NCBI GenBank assembly: GCA_044356725.1
Contig: JBIKVS010000006.1
Span: forward strand, 1-61,503
Direction of reading: 5' to 3'
Length of the DNA: 61,503 nt
From: Minisyncoccia bacterium
Lineage (GTDB): Bacteria; Patescibacteriota; Minisyncoccia; SW-4-49-11
Shown: piece by piece, positions 8,958-16,977 of the stretch
Layout: the number at the start of each line of letters is the position of its first letter
How positions within the stretch are numbered: position 1 is the stretch's first letter
Made by a program: the position numbers and the translations under genes
Notes under the pieces: model-generated
What the model saw: the letters and a program-made list of their open reading frames with translations, nothing else
Databases searched by the model: none
Told to the model about the DNA's origin: nothing

Positions 8958-9494
8958 CTATTGTTCTAAAATATCTTCTATAGAGCTTAATAAAGCCTCC
9001 TTCTTCTTTTTGACTGCTAGTTCTAATAATTCATGCATACTACTAGAATCTTGGATTAACCTAGAGCTAGCATGCTTCCTGTGATATACTCCACCTGCTC
9101 TTAATACATCTGGATAATCTCTTTTACAAATAGTCGGTACTGTAAAGAATTCATCTACTTCAAAGATTAGAAGTTTTTTATTTTCATATTCTACTTTCTT
9201 AATATTATAATGTGGTAATGGATCAAGATATAGACCTAGATGATTATCTATCCAAGTTCTATCTATACTTTCTAAATCCTCACTACTAAGTCCAACTATT
9301 ACCTTAGAATCTGACACTCCAAATATCAGCATACCTCCATTAGGCATATTAGATATAGCCGCTATATGTTTAGCTAATTTAGTCTTATTATAATCGTTGA
9401 ATTTATGCCAATTAAAATTCTCTTTAAAGTCAATATGATTGTCCTCATAACTTTCTTTGATAACTTTATCTAATAGCTCTGGAGTGTATTTCAT
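8958..9494 (-). CDS. AlbA_2 (Schlafen-like) DNA/RNA-binding domain protein, stand-alone
   Basis: IDFKENF...LAKHIAAISNMPNGGMLIFGVSDSKVIVGL matches the AlbA_2 core pattern. 178 aa, no other domain. Confidence 0.6.
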   Translation of the reverse strand: MKYTPELLDKVIKESYEDNHIDFKENFNWHKFNDYNKTKLAKHIAAISNMPNGGMLIFGVSDSKVIVGLSSEDLESIDRTWIDNHLGLYLDPLPHYNIKKVEYENKKLLIFEVDEFFTVPTICKRDYPDVLRAGGVYHRKHASSRLIQDSSSMHELLELAVKKKKEALLSSIEDILEQ

Positions 9495-9503
9495 ATAGAT
9501 ATT

Positions 9504-10889
9504 TTAATAGTAAGGCATAGGTCTTGGCATTGGGATAATCTCTGTGATACCTGTTTGGAATAAAATCAAGTATAGAGATAATATAAGTATAAACCAAATA
9601 AATTGTAAGATTACAATGGATAATGCATCGCCCCAACCTTTTCTCACCCCAATCATCATAGCAGGAGCGAGTATAATAAATGTATATAATAAGTTTGTTA
9701 TAACTGATATAAGTGAGCTAAATGTATTATCATAAATCAAAGACTGCCAGCTATTATATTGATTTAATACTATCAATATAATATTAACAATAATTAGCAA
9801 GATAACCGCACCCAAACTCACTAATATATTAGTCAAATTGAATAAATGAATAGAATTTTTATTGGCAATATTAATAGGTTTATCTTGGGTTTTATCACTC
9901 TCTTTGGAGATATTCTTATGGTTAGAGTTGATATATTTTGAGATAAGATAGATTATGGATATTATGATAACTATGACGATAATCGTAATTATAATTTCAC
10001 TCAAATATAATCTAAACCAATTTTTAGCATATTCGCCTCTTACATTAAAACTTTCATTAGGAGCTAGACTTTTAGATTCTTTTATAATGCTACCAGAGTT
10101 CCCAATATTGCTAACTAAACTATCCAACTCTCTACTAGATACAGCTGATGAATCTCCTAACTTAGCCATAGGGACGAAACCAGTCTCATTATAATTGACA
10201 AATGATTGTTGCCCCTTTAATAATAAATCGCTATCGACATCCACTGCAACTCTAATATTTTGAATTCTAGAATTAACTTTTATAGTCTCAAAGTTGAACT
10301 TATATAATCCAAAACTTTCATTTACATAACCTTTAGTAGCATAAGATAGAATAATAGCCGTAGACTTATTAGTCTCTACTAGATTTGGAAGTTTTAAATT
10401 ATAAATATTGTCTGATTTGGTATATTTGATTCTAGTGTATTCAGCTGTCTGACCCGAACCATAGTAATAATAATCCTGTCCATAATCTGGGTCTCTATAT
10501 TCTACACAAGGATTATTAGGATCAGTATAATTGTATCTAATACATTCTGGAGGTAATTTCATCTGATACATTATCATCTCAGATACATCAACCTTTGGTA
10601 TTTTAAAACTAAATTCAGTTAGAGCTTGCTCTTCCTGATTGGGGATAACTAATTTAGCATAAGTAATAGCCTCTCCATTAGCACGAAAAACCACACTATA
10701 TGAATGTTTCTGACCAAATAAAAGTGAGTTAGAAGTATCCGGGTTAATTGGTGGCATAATTCTACCAATATCTGGAGCCACTGAGCTACTACTAGCAGCT
10801 TCCTGAGCCAATAATACTCCACCAAAGTTAGCTAAAAATAGACCCAATACAAGTACTAGAGCTATAGATTTTTTGATTATTTTATACAT
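9504..10889 (-). CDS. Secreted/membrane protein of unknown function
   Basis: Signal peptide (IALVLVLGLFLANFGGVLLA), a roughly 280-aa extracytoplasmic region, then about 4 TM helices. Sits 9 nt upstream of the AlbA_2 gene. Confidence 0.6.
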   Translation of the reverse strand: MYKIIKKSIALVLVLGLFLANFGGVLLAQEAASSSSVAPDIGRIMPPINPDTSNSLLFGQKHSYSVVFRANGEAITYAKLVIPNQEEQALTEFSFKIPKVDVSEMIMYQMKLPPECIRYNYTDPNNPCVEYRDPDYGQDYYYYGSGQTAEYTRIKYTKSDNIYNLKLPNLVETNKSTAIILSYATKGYVNESFGLYKFNFETIKVNSRIQNIRVAVDVDSDLLLKGQQSFVNYNETGFVPMAKLGDSSAVSSRELDSLVSNIGNSGSIIKESKSLAPNESFNVRGEYAKNWFRLYLSEIIITIIVIVIIISIIYLISKYINSNHKNISKESDKTQDKPINIANKNSIHLFNLTNILVSLGAVILLIIVNIILIVLNQYNSWQSLIYDNTFSSLISVITNLLYTFIILAPAMMIGVRKGWGDALSIVILQFIWFILILSLYLILFQTGITEIIPMPRPMPYY

Positions 10890-11009
10890 ATTTTTATTTA
10901 GTAAATTAATACTAAATATATTATAGCATAGATTTAAAAAATTATCTCAAATTTAGGAAAAGCAAATATTCTCAGAAAAAAAACTTTTACAACTAATATA
11001 GTAGTGATT

Positions 11010-11354
11010 TTATTCGTTGTGATTTTGATTGACTTTAAAAGCAATAATTCTCTCAATCAAATCATAAGGAATGGGTTTATCGAGAGGAAATTGTACGGAA
11101 CCCTTACCCTGTTTGTATTGAGATAATTCTTGCGTAAATTGTTTATGAGCTTTAGGAGTGGCATATAGTCCAATATGATGTTCAAAGGCGGCAAAATATA
11201 CCAGAGGCTTATTATTGACTTTAAAAGCTGGCATTGCATAAGAAATACTCTCCTCAGCCTCTGGAGCTAAAGTCTTGACCAAATTATACAGTTTATTCAA
11301 AATAATTTGAGTTGATTCAGGGAATTGTGATATATATTCAGGTATAGAATTCAT
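11010..11354 (-). CDS. DUF1801 (YdhG-like) domain protein
   Basis: ISYAMPAFKVNNKPLVYFAAFEHHIGLYATP...GKGSVQFPLDKPIP is typical of the YdhG/DUF1801 family. Confidence 0.65.
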   Translation of the reverse strand: MNSIPEYISQFPESTQIILNKLYNLVKTLAPEAEESISYAMPAFKVNNKPLVYFAAFEHHIGLYATPKAHKQFTQELSQYKQGKGSVQFPLDKPIPYDLIERIIAFKVNQNHNE

Positions 11355-11441
11355 ATATTGTTAATTTACATTATATATAGTATAGCATATTGACTATATT
11401 ACTAATATGTGATTATATAATTCTGTCTTGCATTTTCAAAA

Positions 11442-12035
11442 ATGAACAGCTATTCCATTCAATTCATTGCCCAACCCCAAAGAGGGAAAGGGAGAACTTG
11501 GGAATTGTCTCAATGTTCTGATATGACCAAGGTACTGGAACGCCTAAGAAGAATACGCCAATTAGTGACTCTAATAGCAGGCCCTAATTCTGATATTCTG
11601 TCAGAACTTACTGATTGGGAGAATATTACCCAAAGCTGTAATCCAATTTGGAAAAGAACTATCACTATATCTGATTCAAGAGCATATACATTCCTCATTA
11701 ATTTGTCTAATAAGCAGGCCCTTATCACTGCAAAAAGCCAAGGGAGGCCACTTCGTAAAATCGGATTACCGAAGGCAATCGATATGGAGTCTTATCAGAA
11801 AGTAATTAGTTTTATGTATATATTCATTCGATTACTTGAGGGTATGAATAGCCCTAATGAAGAGTGGGTCAAGGATATGTCAGTTGTTCAAACTAAACCC
11901 CGTCAGGGCTGGAGTGATAATAAAGAGATAAAGCATTTATTAAATATTTTTCCCCTATTACAAGCACCTCCTCCCCCCGAGATTACCATTGCAGTCCCAG
12001 CATCTTCTTATGAGATAATTATCACAAAACAATAG
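11442..12035 (+). CDS. Hypothetical protein, 197 aa, G+C-enriched orphan
   Basis: ORF track; no family recognised. The first 60 nt hand-counted at about 45% G+C. Strong terminator follows. Confidence 0.55.
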   Translation: MNSYSIQFIAQPQRGKGRTWELSQCSDMTKVLERLRRIRQLVTLIAGPNSDILSELTDWENITQSCNPIWKRTITISDSRAYTFLINLSNKQALITAKSQGRPLRKIGLPKAIDMESYQKVISFMYIFIRLLEGMNSPNEEWVKDMSVVQTKPRQGWSDNKEIKHLLNIFPLLQAPPPPEITIAVPASSYEIIITKQ

Positions 12036-12046
12036 CCCTATCTCCT

Positions 12047-12076
12047 CACCCCGTAATTTGCGGGGTGTTTTTATTT
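12047..12076 (+). terminator. Rho-independent terminator
   Basis: caccccg-taatttg-cggggtg followed by tttttattt. Confidence 0.75.
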
Positions 12077-12131
12077 ATATAGATTTAAAGAGAGTCTCAT
12101 TTTTTTGATATTATTAGCACAAAATTTTCTC

Positions 12132-13316
12132 TCATCTCATTTCTGCAAGTTTATTTGAAAATAATATTCCAATTCGATTTGTTTTTTCATTTAGTCCTGG
12201 CATACGAGTTAGTAATAAACGTTTAATTAAATCTTGATTATCTTTAGTTAGATATCCTAAAATAAAATTTATAAATTCCTGAACTGTTGTAAAGTCTGCC
12301 AAAGCTTTCTCTCTTTCAACATTTGTCAAATAATTTTTCATTGTCTTTGCAATTATTCCTTCATCTTCCTCAAATAAAGGAATAAAACTTTTGTCAAAGT
12401 AAATATCTTCAAACATTAGTTTTCTTGGGTCAATGTTTCCGTGTAGAAAATCGTTACGATTATTCATTAAAGTTTGAAATCGCTTGAACTCATCTTTTTC
12501 ACTATCAATTGGCTTAAGGAAACCATCACAATTCAAATGTAGTGTTTTAACTCGAGTGTCAATTTGTTGTCGAATTAAATTCTCGTATAGGCGCTTATCT
12601 TGTTTAAATTCATTCTTTGATAGTAAAAGGATTAATAGGTTTACAAATGACTCAGCTAACACTGGTGTCAACATTCTAATGGTAGTTCCTAATGTAACAG
12701 CTCTTTCTGTATTAATTATCCATTGATTAAAGTTTTTGTCATACTCTGCTCGTATTTCATCAGAAGGATTTAGCTCAAGCTTTTTAATTTCTTTGATATC
12801 TAAACTTCTCAACTCCTTAATTAGCTCTTTAAGAGTATCTTGAAGTCTTGTTACTGGATTGATAAACAAAGTCCATTTTTCAAAATCTTTTTGAACTACT
12901 TTCATCTGTTCCTTATAAATCTGATAATTACTTTGAATATTATTAATTAATAAGTCCCAATTTTCTTTTTCAAAATTTACTTCATTTGGAATTCTGATAT
13001 GAATTTCAATCCCACGACTTTGACCTAAAAAATGAATTTCACTTCCATGTATGAGAAAAGTATAATGCCAATGAATTAAATTATCGGTTGTCTCCCTGTT
13101 TTTTAAGTACATAATAAGTCCGTTTGGATCACCAAATCTAGCTTTTAGTAACTTATAAAGTGTAAGTGGAGAAAGTTTTTTTGAGTCATTTTGCCAAGTA
13201 TAGAGAGGATGTGTTGTATTGTCAACATCCATCTTTTTAAGATTTGATTGAATCCAGTCAAATCCTACTGGTGTCCAATTATCAAGATTAAATATTTCAT
13301 TAATAGTAGTGCTCAT
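12132..13316 (-). CDS. Hypothetical protein with C-terminal HEPN-like Rx4H motif (candidate RNase toxin / abortive-infection protein)
   Basis: 394 aa, alpha-helical-looking C-terminal half with LMNNRNDFLHGNIDP (R-N-x3-H). The N-terminal roughly 150 aa is unrecognised. Confidence 0.45.
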   Translation of the reverse strand: MSTTINEIFNLDNWTPVGFDWIQSNLKKMDVDNTTHPLYTWQNDSKKLSPLTLYKLLKARFGDPNGLIMYLKNRETTDNLIHWHYTFLIHGSEIHFLGQSRGIEIHIRIPNEVNFEKENWDLLINNIQSNYQIYKEQMKVVQKDFEKWTLFINPVTRLQDTLKELIKELRSLDIKEIKKLELNPSDEIRAEYDKNFNQWIINTERAVTLGTTIRMLTPVLAESFVNLLILLLSKNEFKQDKRLYENLIRQQIDTRVKTLHLNCDGFLKPIDSEKDEFKRFQTLMNNRNDFLHGNIDPRKLMFEDIYFDKSFIPLFEEDEGIIAKTMKNYLTNVEREKALADFTTVQEFINFILGYLTKDNQDLIKRLLLTRMPGLNEKTNRIGILFSNKLAEMR

Positions 13317-13482
13317 AAAGTTTTTGCTAACACTTATATATACGAAGATTGGTTAGTATGTAAATATAGTAAAAATCTATACTACTTGTACTTTTTACTC
13401 CATCTTACCATCAAGTCATCTCTTTACACTCATTATATAACAAATCCCCCCAGATTGTAATCTAGAGGGATTTATCATAGTG

Positions 13483-13572
13483 TGCGCAGAAGAGGACTTG
13501 AACCTCCACGGTACTTTGTATTTTCCCACAAGCACCTCAAGCTTGCGTGTCTACCGATTCCACCACCTGCGC
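13483..13572 (-). tRNA. tRNA-Leu (anticodon GAG), long variable arm, no encoded CCA
   Basis: Hand-folded: acceptor GCGCAGG/TCTGCGC, anticodon stem CAAGC/GCTTG with loop TTGAGGT, T-arm GGAGG-TTCAAGT-CCTCT, roughly 21-nt variable region. Confidence 0.85.
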
Positions 13573-13616
13573 TTTTATTAGAGTTTCGGTTTTACTCTAA
13601 TATTTTTAATTGATAA

Positions 13617-14027
13617 TTATTCAGCTGATTGAACTTCTGTTGCTGGAGTAGCTTCAACAGCTTGATTTCTAGTTGATTCTGTAGTGATAACTTTTTTAGC
13701 CTTTTCTTTTAGGCGATATTTTTTACCGATTGCATTTCTTAGGTAGAATAGTTTTGCTCTTCTAACTTTGTTATGTTTTAGAATTTCAACTTTTGCAATA
13801 TTAGGAGAATATACAGGAAAGATTCTCTCGACACCTACTCCGAGTGATACTTTTCTAACTGTAAAAGTAGCTGAAATATCAGTTTTAAGATGCTTAGCAA
13901 TTACAGTTCCTTCGAAGACCTGAATTCTTTCTTTACTTCCTTCAATAACTTTTTGATGCACTCGAACTGTATCTCCAATATTAACTGGTTCGAATGGTAA
14001 CTCTGTAGGTGTAGCTAGTGTACTCAT
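13617..14027 (-). CDS. rplS: Ribosomal protein L19
   Basis: [28 protein letters not shown]...RRAKLFYLR is a typical L19 sequence. Confidence 0.9.
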   Translation of the reverse strand: MSTLATPTELPFEPVNIGDTVRVHQKVIEGSKERIQVFEGTVIAKHLKTDISATFTVRKVSLGVGVERIFPVYSPNIAKVEILKHNKVRRAKLFYLRNAIGKKYRLKEKAKKVITTESTRNQAVEATPATEVQSAE

Positions 14028-14067
14028 ATCATTATCTTATATATTCTTCCCTATAACTTATTTGGGG

Positions 14068-14141
14068 TGGGCGATGTAGGATTCGAACCTACGACCCCCT
14101 CGGTGTAAACGAGATGCTCTGACCAGCTGAGCCAATCGCCC
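14068..14141 (-). tRNA. tRNA-Val (anticodon TAC), no encoded CCA
   Basis: Hand-folded cloverleaf: GGGCGAT/ATCGCCC acceptor, GCTC/GAGC D-stem, loop TTTACAC, GTAGG-TTCGAAT-CCTAC T-arm. Confidence 0.9.
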
Positions 14142-14187
14142 TTGATTTATAATAAATGAACTCTCTCTTGTGATAAGCTCATCTTAG

Positions 14188-14261
14188 TAGCGATAGGGGG
14201 GATCGAACCTCCGACCTCGGGCTTATGAGTCCCGCGCTCTAACCAGCTGAGCTATATCGCC
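14188..14261 (-). tRNA. tRNA with CAT anticodon: elongator Met or lysidine-dependent Ile2
   Basis: Acceptor GGCGATA/TATCGCT (G1-U72), D-stem GCTC/GAGC, anticodon loop CTCATAA, T-arm GGAGG-TTCGATC-CCCCT. Lacks initiator signatures. Confidence 0.8.
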
Positions 14262-14284
14262 AATATGAGAAAGATACATTTTTG

Positions 14285-14356
<72 letters not shown>

Positions 14357-14427
14357 ATTTATACAGTGCTTATCTATTATGACACATATTTGAAAATAAT
14401 GCAAGTGTTTGTATAGGACTAAAAATT

Positions 14428-14486
14428 ATAAATTGTGAGTTATGAATGGTGAATTGTAGGGGCGACCTTACACCTTAAAGTCGATT
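14428..14486. repeat. Degenerate copy of the heptamer + GTAGGGGCGACC element (locus R1 of the G+C-rich repeat family)
   Basis: tgtgagt|tatgaat|ggtgaat|tgtaggggcgacctta...gtcg. Compare with 28500-28589 and 59832-59880. Confidence 0.7.
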
Positions 14487-14518
14487 AAAAATTATTATAT
14501 ATGCTTTTACAATAAATA

Positions 14519-15322
14519 TCATTTAAATTTAATGCCAACCTCTGCTTCTAGCCAAAAGCCAAAGGTATTTATAAAGTTTATAATAACTTCTACATCATCT
14601 ACAGGATTAATTGCTAATTCTAAAGCCATCCTCATTTCATATTCTTTTTCAGGATAATATTTGCTGAAAATCTTATACGATGGATATAAATCTCTAGTAA
14701 ATACCTTTTCCTGATCTATAACTAACACAAATCCAGCTCTTAATATTCTTTTCATAACCCAACGACACCATTCCTGAATATCTTCTTTATCTTGATTATT
14801 TACAATACCTTTGATAGTATTTTCAAATACTATTTTCAAATTTTTTGGAATAAGAATATTTGCAGTTTTTATATCTGCCTTAAAATTCTCAATTTCATCT
14901 GATATATCGTCCCCATAAATACAAACACTTTGAGTTTTAATTAAAAATTTATAATTAGCTAGATTATCGCTATTCAATAATTCATCATATTTTAGAAAGG
15001 AAAATTCTACTCCCGTAGAAAATGTAAATTTTGTATCTAATGTTTTTCTTATCGGTTTTATCCAAGATTTATCTATGTCTTGAGTTATGATAGCTAAAGT
15101 ATCAATATCTGAGATACCTTCTATTGCCTCTCCCTTAGCCACACTTCCTCTGACATAAATACTCTTTAATGAATCTTTGGTATTATCTAAATATGCTTGT
15201 TTTATCTCCTCCACCGCCTCTCTCCAAGGGGATTTTATTTTATCAAGAGATGATTCATTGATAATAAAGCCATTCTCATCTGTTGTAAGTACACTGCCTA
15301 TCTCTAAAATTGGATTAGTCAT
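14519..15322 (-). CDS. Nucleotidyltransferase-fold protein, AadA/ANT(3'')-like architecture
   Basis: IYVRGSVAKGEAIEGISDIDTLAI fits the GSx10-12(D/E)xD NTase motif. Length of 267 aa and a helical C-terminal half resemble aminoglycoside adenylyltransferases. Confidence 0.5.
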   Translation of the reverse strand: MTNPILEIGSVLTTDENGFIINESSLDKIKSPWREAVEEIKQAYLDNTKDSLKSIYVRGSVAKGEAIEGISDIDTLAIITQDIDKSWIKPIRKTLDTKFTFSTGVEFSFLKYDELLNSDNLANYKFLIKTQSVCIYGDDISDEIENFKADIKTANILIPKNLKIVFENTIKGIVNNQDKEDIQEWCRWVMKRILRAGFVLVIDQEKVFTRDLYPSYKIFSKYYPEKEYEMRMALELAINPVDDVEVIINFINTFGFWLEAEVGIKFK

Positions 15323-15384
15323 ATTTTATGAATACCTATATATGCTATAATTATAACATAGTTCTATAAATAATTGATCAAACT

Positions 15385-15819
15385 ATGTCGGAAAAATTTT
15401 TGCCTTATTGTGCGGTGTGGGTGATTTTATACAATGACAAGCAAGAAATATGTCTCCTAAGAAGATTTAATACTGGTTATATGGATGGAACTTATACTGT
15501 TCCAGCTGGGCATCTTGAGGAAGGTGAAAGTTTAAAACAAGGAGCTCATCGTGAAGCTTTGGAAGAAATTGGGATTAATATTACTAAAAGTAAATTAATA
15601 CATACTGCTTATCGTGAAAGAAGGAATGACAGAATTTATATTGATGTATTCTTTGAAGTTCTAGAATACATTGGAGAAGTTTCTAATGCAGAGCCTGATA
15701 AATGTGATGAGATTATTTGGGTGAGTAAAGAAAACTTACCATCTGCAATGGCACCTAGCCTGAGATATGCTCTGGAATCTATATTCCGAGGGGAGATTTA
15801 TTCTGAATATGTAGAGTAG
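15385..15819 (+). CDS. NUDIX hydrolase
   Basis: Nudix box GHLEEGESLKQGAHREALEEIGI. Confidence 0.85.
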   Translation: MSEKFLPYCAVWVILYNDKQEICLLRRFNTGYMDGTYTVPAGHLEEGESLKQGAHREALEEIGINITKSKLIHTAYRERRNDRIYIDVFFEVLEYIGEVSNAEPDKCDEIIWVSKENLPSAMAPSLRYALESIFRGEIYSEYVE

Positions 15820-15825
15820 GGTGAA

Positions 15826-16118
15826 AAGCTAAGTCCTCCCTCACCCATCGCAAATGGGATTTGCTCCTGTGAAACCTCACGGTTTCCCAACCTTCCTCCA
15901 CGGGAAAACTACCTTTTTCCCGACCCCTTTCCCAAAGGCTAAGGCCTTTTTACGGGTACTCCCTCCACTTGCCTCCCGTAGGAATGGAAGAGGGACAAAA
16001 AAAACAACCAACTTGTCCTCCCTTGGGGGAGGTGGCACGAAGTGACGGAGGAGGACAGTCTATATCATTTACAAAGCCTTGTTTTTATGATATAAATTGA
16101 TAGTTATCTACCATCGAG
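15826..16118. repeat. G+C-rich mosaic repeat locus R2 (modules A, C, D)
   Basis: Module A 15851-15953 matches 44564-44672. Module C 15951-15997 matches 44387-44436 (inverted) and 60016-60059. Module D 16013-16080 is identical to 16556-16623. Confidence 0.85.
16068..16096 (+). promoter_or_regulatory. Promoter carried inside repeat module D (TTTACA-17 nt-TATAAA)
   Basis: tttaca 16068-16073, 17-nt spacer, tataaa 16091-16096. GAGGTG RBS at 16116-16121, then ATG at 16128. Confidence 0.5.
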
Positions 16119-16127
16119 GTGGTTTCA

Positions 16128-16364
16128 ATGTCTAAGATTATAGTCTTTGAGATCCTGTGTATTTCACCTTACAAGATTTATGTCTTTATCAAGAGTCTTA
16201 CAGATACTGTTGATGAACCTTTAAAAATTGATATTGATCCAAGTGATGGAGAATTAAGATTTTTCACAGCCCTTCAAACAATTATTGACGATACAGATAT
16301 TCCTCTAGATATACGACAACAGGCGGAAGCAATGTATGACTCTGAATTTCTCAGGCATTGCTAA
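16128..16364 (+). CDS. Small hypothetical protein (78 aa, acidic C-terminal half), cassette 1
   Basis: The ORF track entry starts at GTG 16119; ATG 16128 has better spacing to GAGGTG. Flanked by the module D promoter and a terminator module. Confidence 0.45.
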   Translation: MSKIIVFEILCISPYKIYVFIKSLTDTVDEPLKIDIDPSDGELRFFTALQTIIDDTDIPLDIRQQAEAMYDSEFLRHC

Positions 16365-16396
16365 CACCCCAATCACTCCCATCAAAAACACCCCTC

Positions 16397-16421
16397 CCAG
16401 CCCCCAAAGGCTGGTTTTTTC
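16397..16421 (+). terminator. Rho-independent terminator (module E) after small ORF 1
   Basis: ccagcc (16397-16402), loop cccaaa, ggctgg (16409-16414), then tttttt. Confidence 0.7.
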
Positions 16422-16610
16422 TTGCTTTTTTTCGTAGGGCTTTTGTCCCTCCTATTATTTCTTTTAAAGAGATATTAGGAGGGGGTAACCTTTCAGTCGC
16501 CCGAAATCCACCTCCGGCACTTCGTGCCACCCTCGCCGGCGAGGGATAGTTATTTTTGTCCTCCCTTGGGGGAGGTGGCACGAAGTGACGGAGGAGGACA
16601 GTCTATATCA

Positions 16611-16639
16611 TTTACAAAGCCTTATTTCTGTGTTATATA
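16611..16639 (+). promoter_or_regulatory. Second copy of the module D promoter (TTTACA-17 nt-TATATA)
   Basis: tttaca 16611-16616, 17-nt spacer, tatata 16634-16639. GAGGTG at 16659-16664, start GTG at 16670. Confidence 0.5.
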
Positions 16640-16669
16640 TTAAGGGTTGTCTACCTTTGAGGTGATATA

Positions 16670-16975
16670 GTGAAAATACCACCATTTGTAAAAATAGATG
16701 ATCATTTATATATAAATACTTGTGTAGTTGATTGTATTAACCTCGGATTACAAATCTTAGGGGGGGGATACATATCTAAAGATATAGGGATACTATATAG
16801 AAATCAAGTAATAATAGATGTTTTTGATAGACGTTATATATACTTTCTATTATCCCCTGAATCAGAGATCAGTAAAATAATTTTAAATTTATCATTAAGT
16901 TTAAATAAAAAATTTTTACGAGAGTTGTTTTCTACATTTTATCGTACATATATATTTACAAAAAATGATTGTTAA
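16670..16975 (+). CDS. Small hypothetical protein (101 aa, GTG start) containing a G8 tract, cassette 2
   Basis: ORF track. Same upstream promoter/RBS module and same downstream terminator module as ORF 1, but an unrelated sequence. Confidence 0.45.
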   Translation: MKIPPFVKIDDHLYINTCVVDCINLGLQILGGGYISKDIGILYRNQVIIDVFDRRYIYFLLSPESEISKIILNLSLSLNKKFLRELFSTFYRTYIFTKNDC

Positions 16976-16977
16976 AA

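Larger units (their letters stand above)
16372..16665. repeat. G+C-rich mosaic repeat locus R3 (terminator module E, AT-loop hairpin, partial B, inverted D-core, 16-bp palindrome, module D)
   Basis: ccagcc-cccaaa-ggctgg-T6 terminator; tccctcct...aggaggg hairpin; acctttcagtcgcc; ccacctccggcacttcgtgccaccctc is the reverse complement of the D core; ccctcgccggcgaggg is a perfect palindrome; 68-bp module D at 16556-16623. Confidence 0.85.

Noticed and set aside
13442-13473. The hairpin next to the tRNA-Leu 3' end as an attachment-site remnant or terminator.
   Set aside because: There is no T-run on either side, so it is not a canonical terminator. I found no second copy of the tRNA 3' end or of this hairpin at the other side of the putative island. 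It is noted only as context.
15854-16581. ORF-track entries inside the G+C-rich repeats: 15854-16045, 16351-16581 and 16358-16549, and similarly 16916-17134, 44353-44541, 44474-44764, 44496-44702 and 59841-60065. They encode Pro/Gly/Arg-rich peptides.
   Set aside because: They overlap each other on both strands, coincide exactly with the repeat modules and hairpins, lack RBS and start context, and have the low-complexity composition expected from translating G+C-rich palindromes.
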